Of a stretch of 64,000 bases of DNA, positions 62,242 to 64,000 are shown one piece after another. Within the stretch, counting starts at the first letter, position 1. Each line of letters begins with the position of its first letter. The stretch is from Corallochytrium limacisporum Hawaii. Taxonomy: Eukaryota; Protista; Pluriformea. The position numbers and the translations under genes are program-made. The stretch lies in NCBI GenBank assembly GCA_002811645.1, contig PDIP01000032.1, positions 215,213 through 279,212 of the forward strand, written 5' to 3'. Below the pieces are notes generated by a model. It saw nothing but the letters and a program-made list of their open reading frames with translations, was not told where the DNA came from and ran no database searches.

Positions 62242-63768
62242 TTACTGGTTGTGCATACCTTTCTTGTAAGCGCTGAGCTCGGCAATGGCAGCACCCAGAG
62301 ACCATCCAGTTTCCAGATTCTTGATCTTCTTCTTGATGCTCAACTGCTGGTCTTCCCGGAATCCAAGACCCTCAGTGAGCAACCCGAAGATATAGGCAGC
62401 GTCCAGACATTGGAAGGCCACCCTGTCGAGATCCACATCTTCAGGGTGACCGCCGGTCAGATCGTCAAAGGTCTTGTCACAAATCTCCTGAGCCTTCTCC
62501 TTGTACATCGCTGGAGTTACTCGCAAGGTGCTATGATCGTCTGCACCATCTTCCTCATTCATAATACCCAAATCAACCGCCCGATCAAAGTAGTAAGACA
62601 TGGCCACAAAATGATCTGTGGCAGACTCAGGGTGGGGCACACCAATGCAACACTTTAAGTGTTCAACGCATTTCACGTAATCGGCATCATGAGTCTTGGC
62701 CATGTGCAAGTTCTTAACAAACTCGCTCGAAAACAGATCATCCATATCTGCGTAGCACATCTCGTAACTGGCATCAGCCGCACCAGACAAGTCAATTTCC
62801 TTTCCCCACAAGCTGTATTGCTCCACCTCTGCATCTGCAGCGAGACAAGTCAGCTTGTTGTCATCGTCAGCCTCAATGTAGGAGCCACGGCCTTCCATGA
62901 GACCGTAGAAGAGATGGCTGTACACGAAGAGGTTGTACTCCTGATCACCAATGGGCATAGTGCGGAACGCAGGGCTGACCTCGTCAATGACATCATCGTT
63001 GGTGGCAAACGCAATCTGAGTGGAAGCACCGCCCAGGTCAAGCACACCGACCGTGTTGTCGCTTGGCTCTCCCAAGTTACCCATCAAGAAGTTAACTGTT
63101 AGCCAGGCGTACGCAGCTTCATCTTCACCGTCCATAATGCTCACACCAAGTGGGCCCCGTTGGCGAGGGAAGTCGTACTCGTTCAGAACCTCTTCGATTC
63201 TACGCAGAATGCGTTCCGGCATGGTGCCCTCCAGACGCCGCAGACCCGCAGTGCACCGCACGGCCACAGGAGTCTTTTGCCAGGCATTGATGGGAATTTT
63301 CTGCTGTGCCTGCTTAAGCAACGGAACCAGCTGATCATCAACATCCTCGGGGGTCTTAATACCTATTTTCTTTTCGGATGTACTGTTGCTGACTTGTTCG
63401 AAATACTCATCGGGAATGGCATCGGGGTCGGCGGGGTCGAATTCGTAAATGTGAATACGAGTACCCGTGGAACCGACGTCAAACATAATAACCCGATCGA
63501 GGGGCTTCTCCACGAGAATGCCATTAATAACCTCCTCACCTTTATCCGGTCCTTCATTGAGCTTGGCCAGTTCTTCAAAGTCCCGGTCATTCCAGGTGGG
63601 AGATGAGTCGAAAGCACTAGATATCAAGTAAAAAACAAAAAGCAGAACCACGGCAACGGCTGCTACGGTCACTTTGTTCGGCCGTGGGTTAGTCATGGTA
63701 CCAAACAAAGGCATGTCTTTTTCTCCCGAGCGCCGGGGGATGGGAGAATACAGTCCACCATTCGACAT
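62242..63768 (-). CDS. GDA1/CD39 nucleoside phosphatase (Golgi-type apyrase, ENTPD5/6-like), type II membrane protein
   Basis: ACR1-5: DVGSTGTR, TAGLR, DGEDEA..AW, LDLGGASTQ, GWSLG; single N-terminal TM. Confidence 0.94.
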   Translation of the reverse strand: MSNGGLYSPIPRRSGEKDMPLFGTMTNPRPNKVTVAAVAVVLLFVFYLISSAFDSSPTWNDRDFEELAKLNEGPDKGEEVINGILVEKPLDRVIMFDVGSTGTRIHIYEFDPADPDAIPDEYFEQVSNSTSEKKIGIKTPEDVDDQLVPLLKQAQQKIPINAWQKTPVAVRCTAGLRRLEGTMPERILRRIEEVLNEYDFPRQRGPLGVSIMDGEDEAAYAWLTVNFLMGNLGEPSDNTVGVLDLGGASTQIAFATNDDVIDEVSPAFRTMPIGDQEYNLFVYSHLFYGLMEGRGSYIEADDDNKLTCLAADAEVEQYSLWGKEIDLSGAADASYEMCYADMDDLFSSEFVKNLHMAKTHDADYVKCVEHLKCCIGVPHPESATDHFVAMSYYFDRAVDLGIMNEEDGADDHSTLRVTPAMYKEKAQEICDKTFDDLTGGHPEDVDLDRVAFQCLDAAYIFGLLTEGLGFREDQQLSIKKKIKNLETGWSLGAAIAELSAYKKGMHNQ

Positions 63769-64000
63769 AGTTTCCAGTCACTGAACTAGACCCGTACTAA
63801 GTGCTGATTGGTTACCACATCACTGCCAACCCTTGTGAGTAACTCACTGGTTTCGACATTTTCATACCACTTCCTCTGTCACCGATACTACGGTTGTTTT
63901 CACCATGGTCCGATTGCTGTCAGTTCACCTCATGCACTCATTCGGCACCAAAAGACTTGCTCTCGCGTGACGAAGCAAAAATAAGGAAGAACCGTTCCAT

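Overview
Gene-dense eukaryotic window with about 20 apparently single-exon genes. No rRNA, tRNA, CRISPR array or intact transposon is recognisable. The gene set (CARMIL, membrane-tethered CREB3-type bZIP, HAUS2, ANKRD26-like, RasGEF, two DH-PH RhoGEFs, COQ9, RPA43, PTIP-like BRCT protein) and uninterrupted ORFs of up to 8.2 kb suggest an intron-poor unicellular relative of animals. A Corallochytrium-like holozoan is my inference, not something shown here. Genes form tight convergent pairs with AT/GT-rich 3' spacers, and long divergent promoter regions carry C-run/G-run tracts. The best leads are: (1) an intact arginine deiminase fused to a degenerate CtlX/amidinotransferase-type domain; (2) an 86-aa membrane microprotein ORF 32 nt upstream of a BRCT gene, a candidate bicistronic mRNA; (3) a giant kinase + pseudo-phosphatase + Cys-rich protein; (4) a prokaryote-like glycoside-hydrolase-fold gene, an HGT candidate; (5) a highly structured intergenic segment near 6.5-6.8 kb; (6) CREB3-type binding boxes upstream of the CREB3 gene itself. 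All protein assignments come from motif recognition by eye, not database searches.
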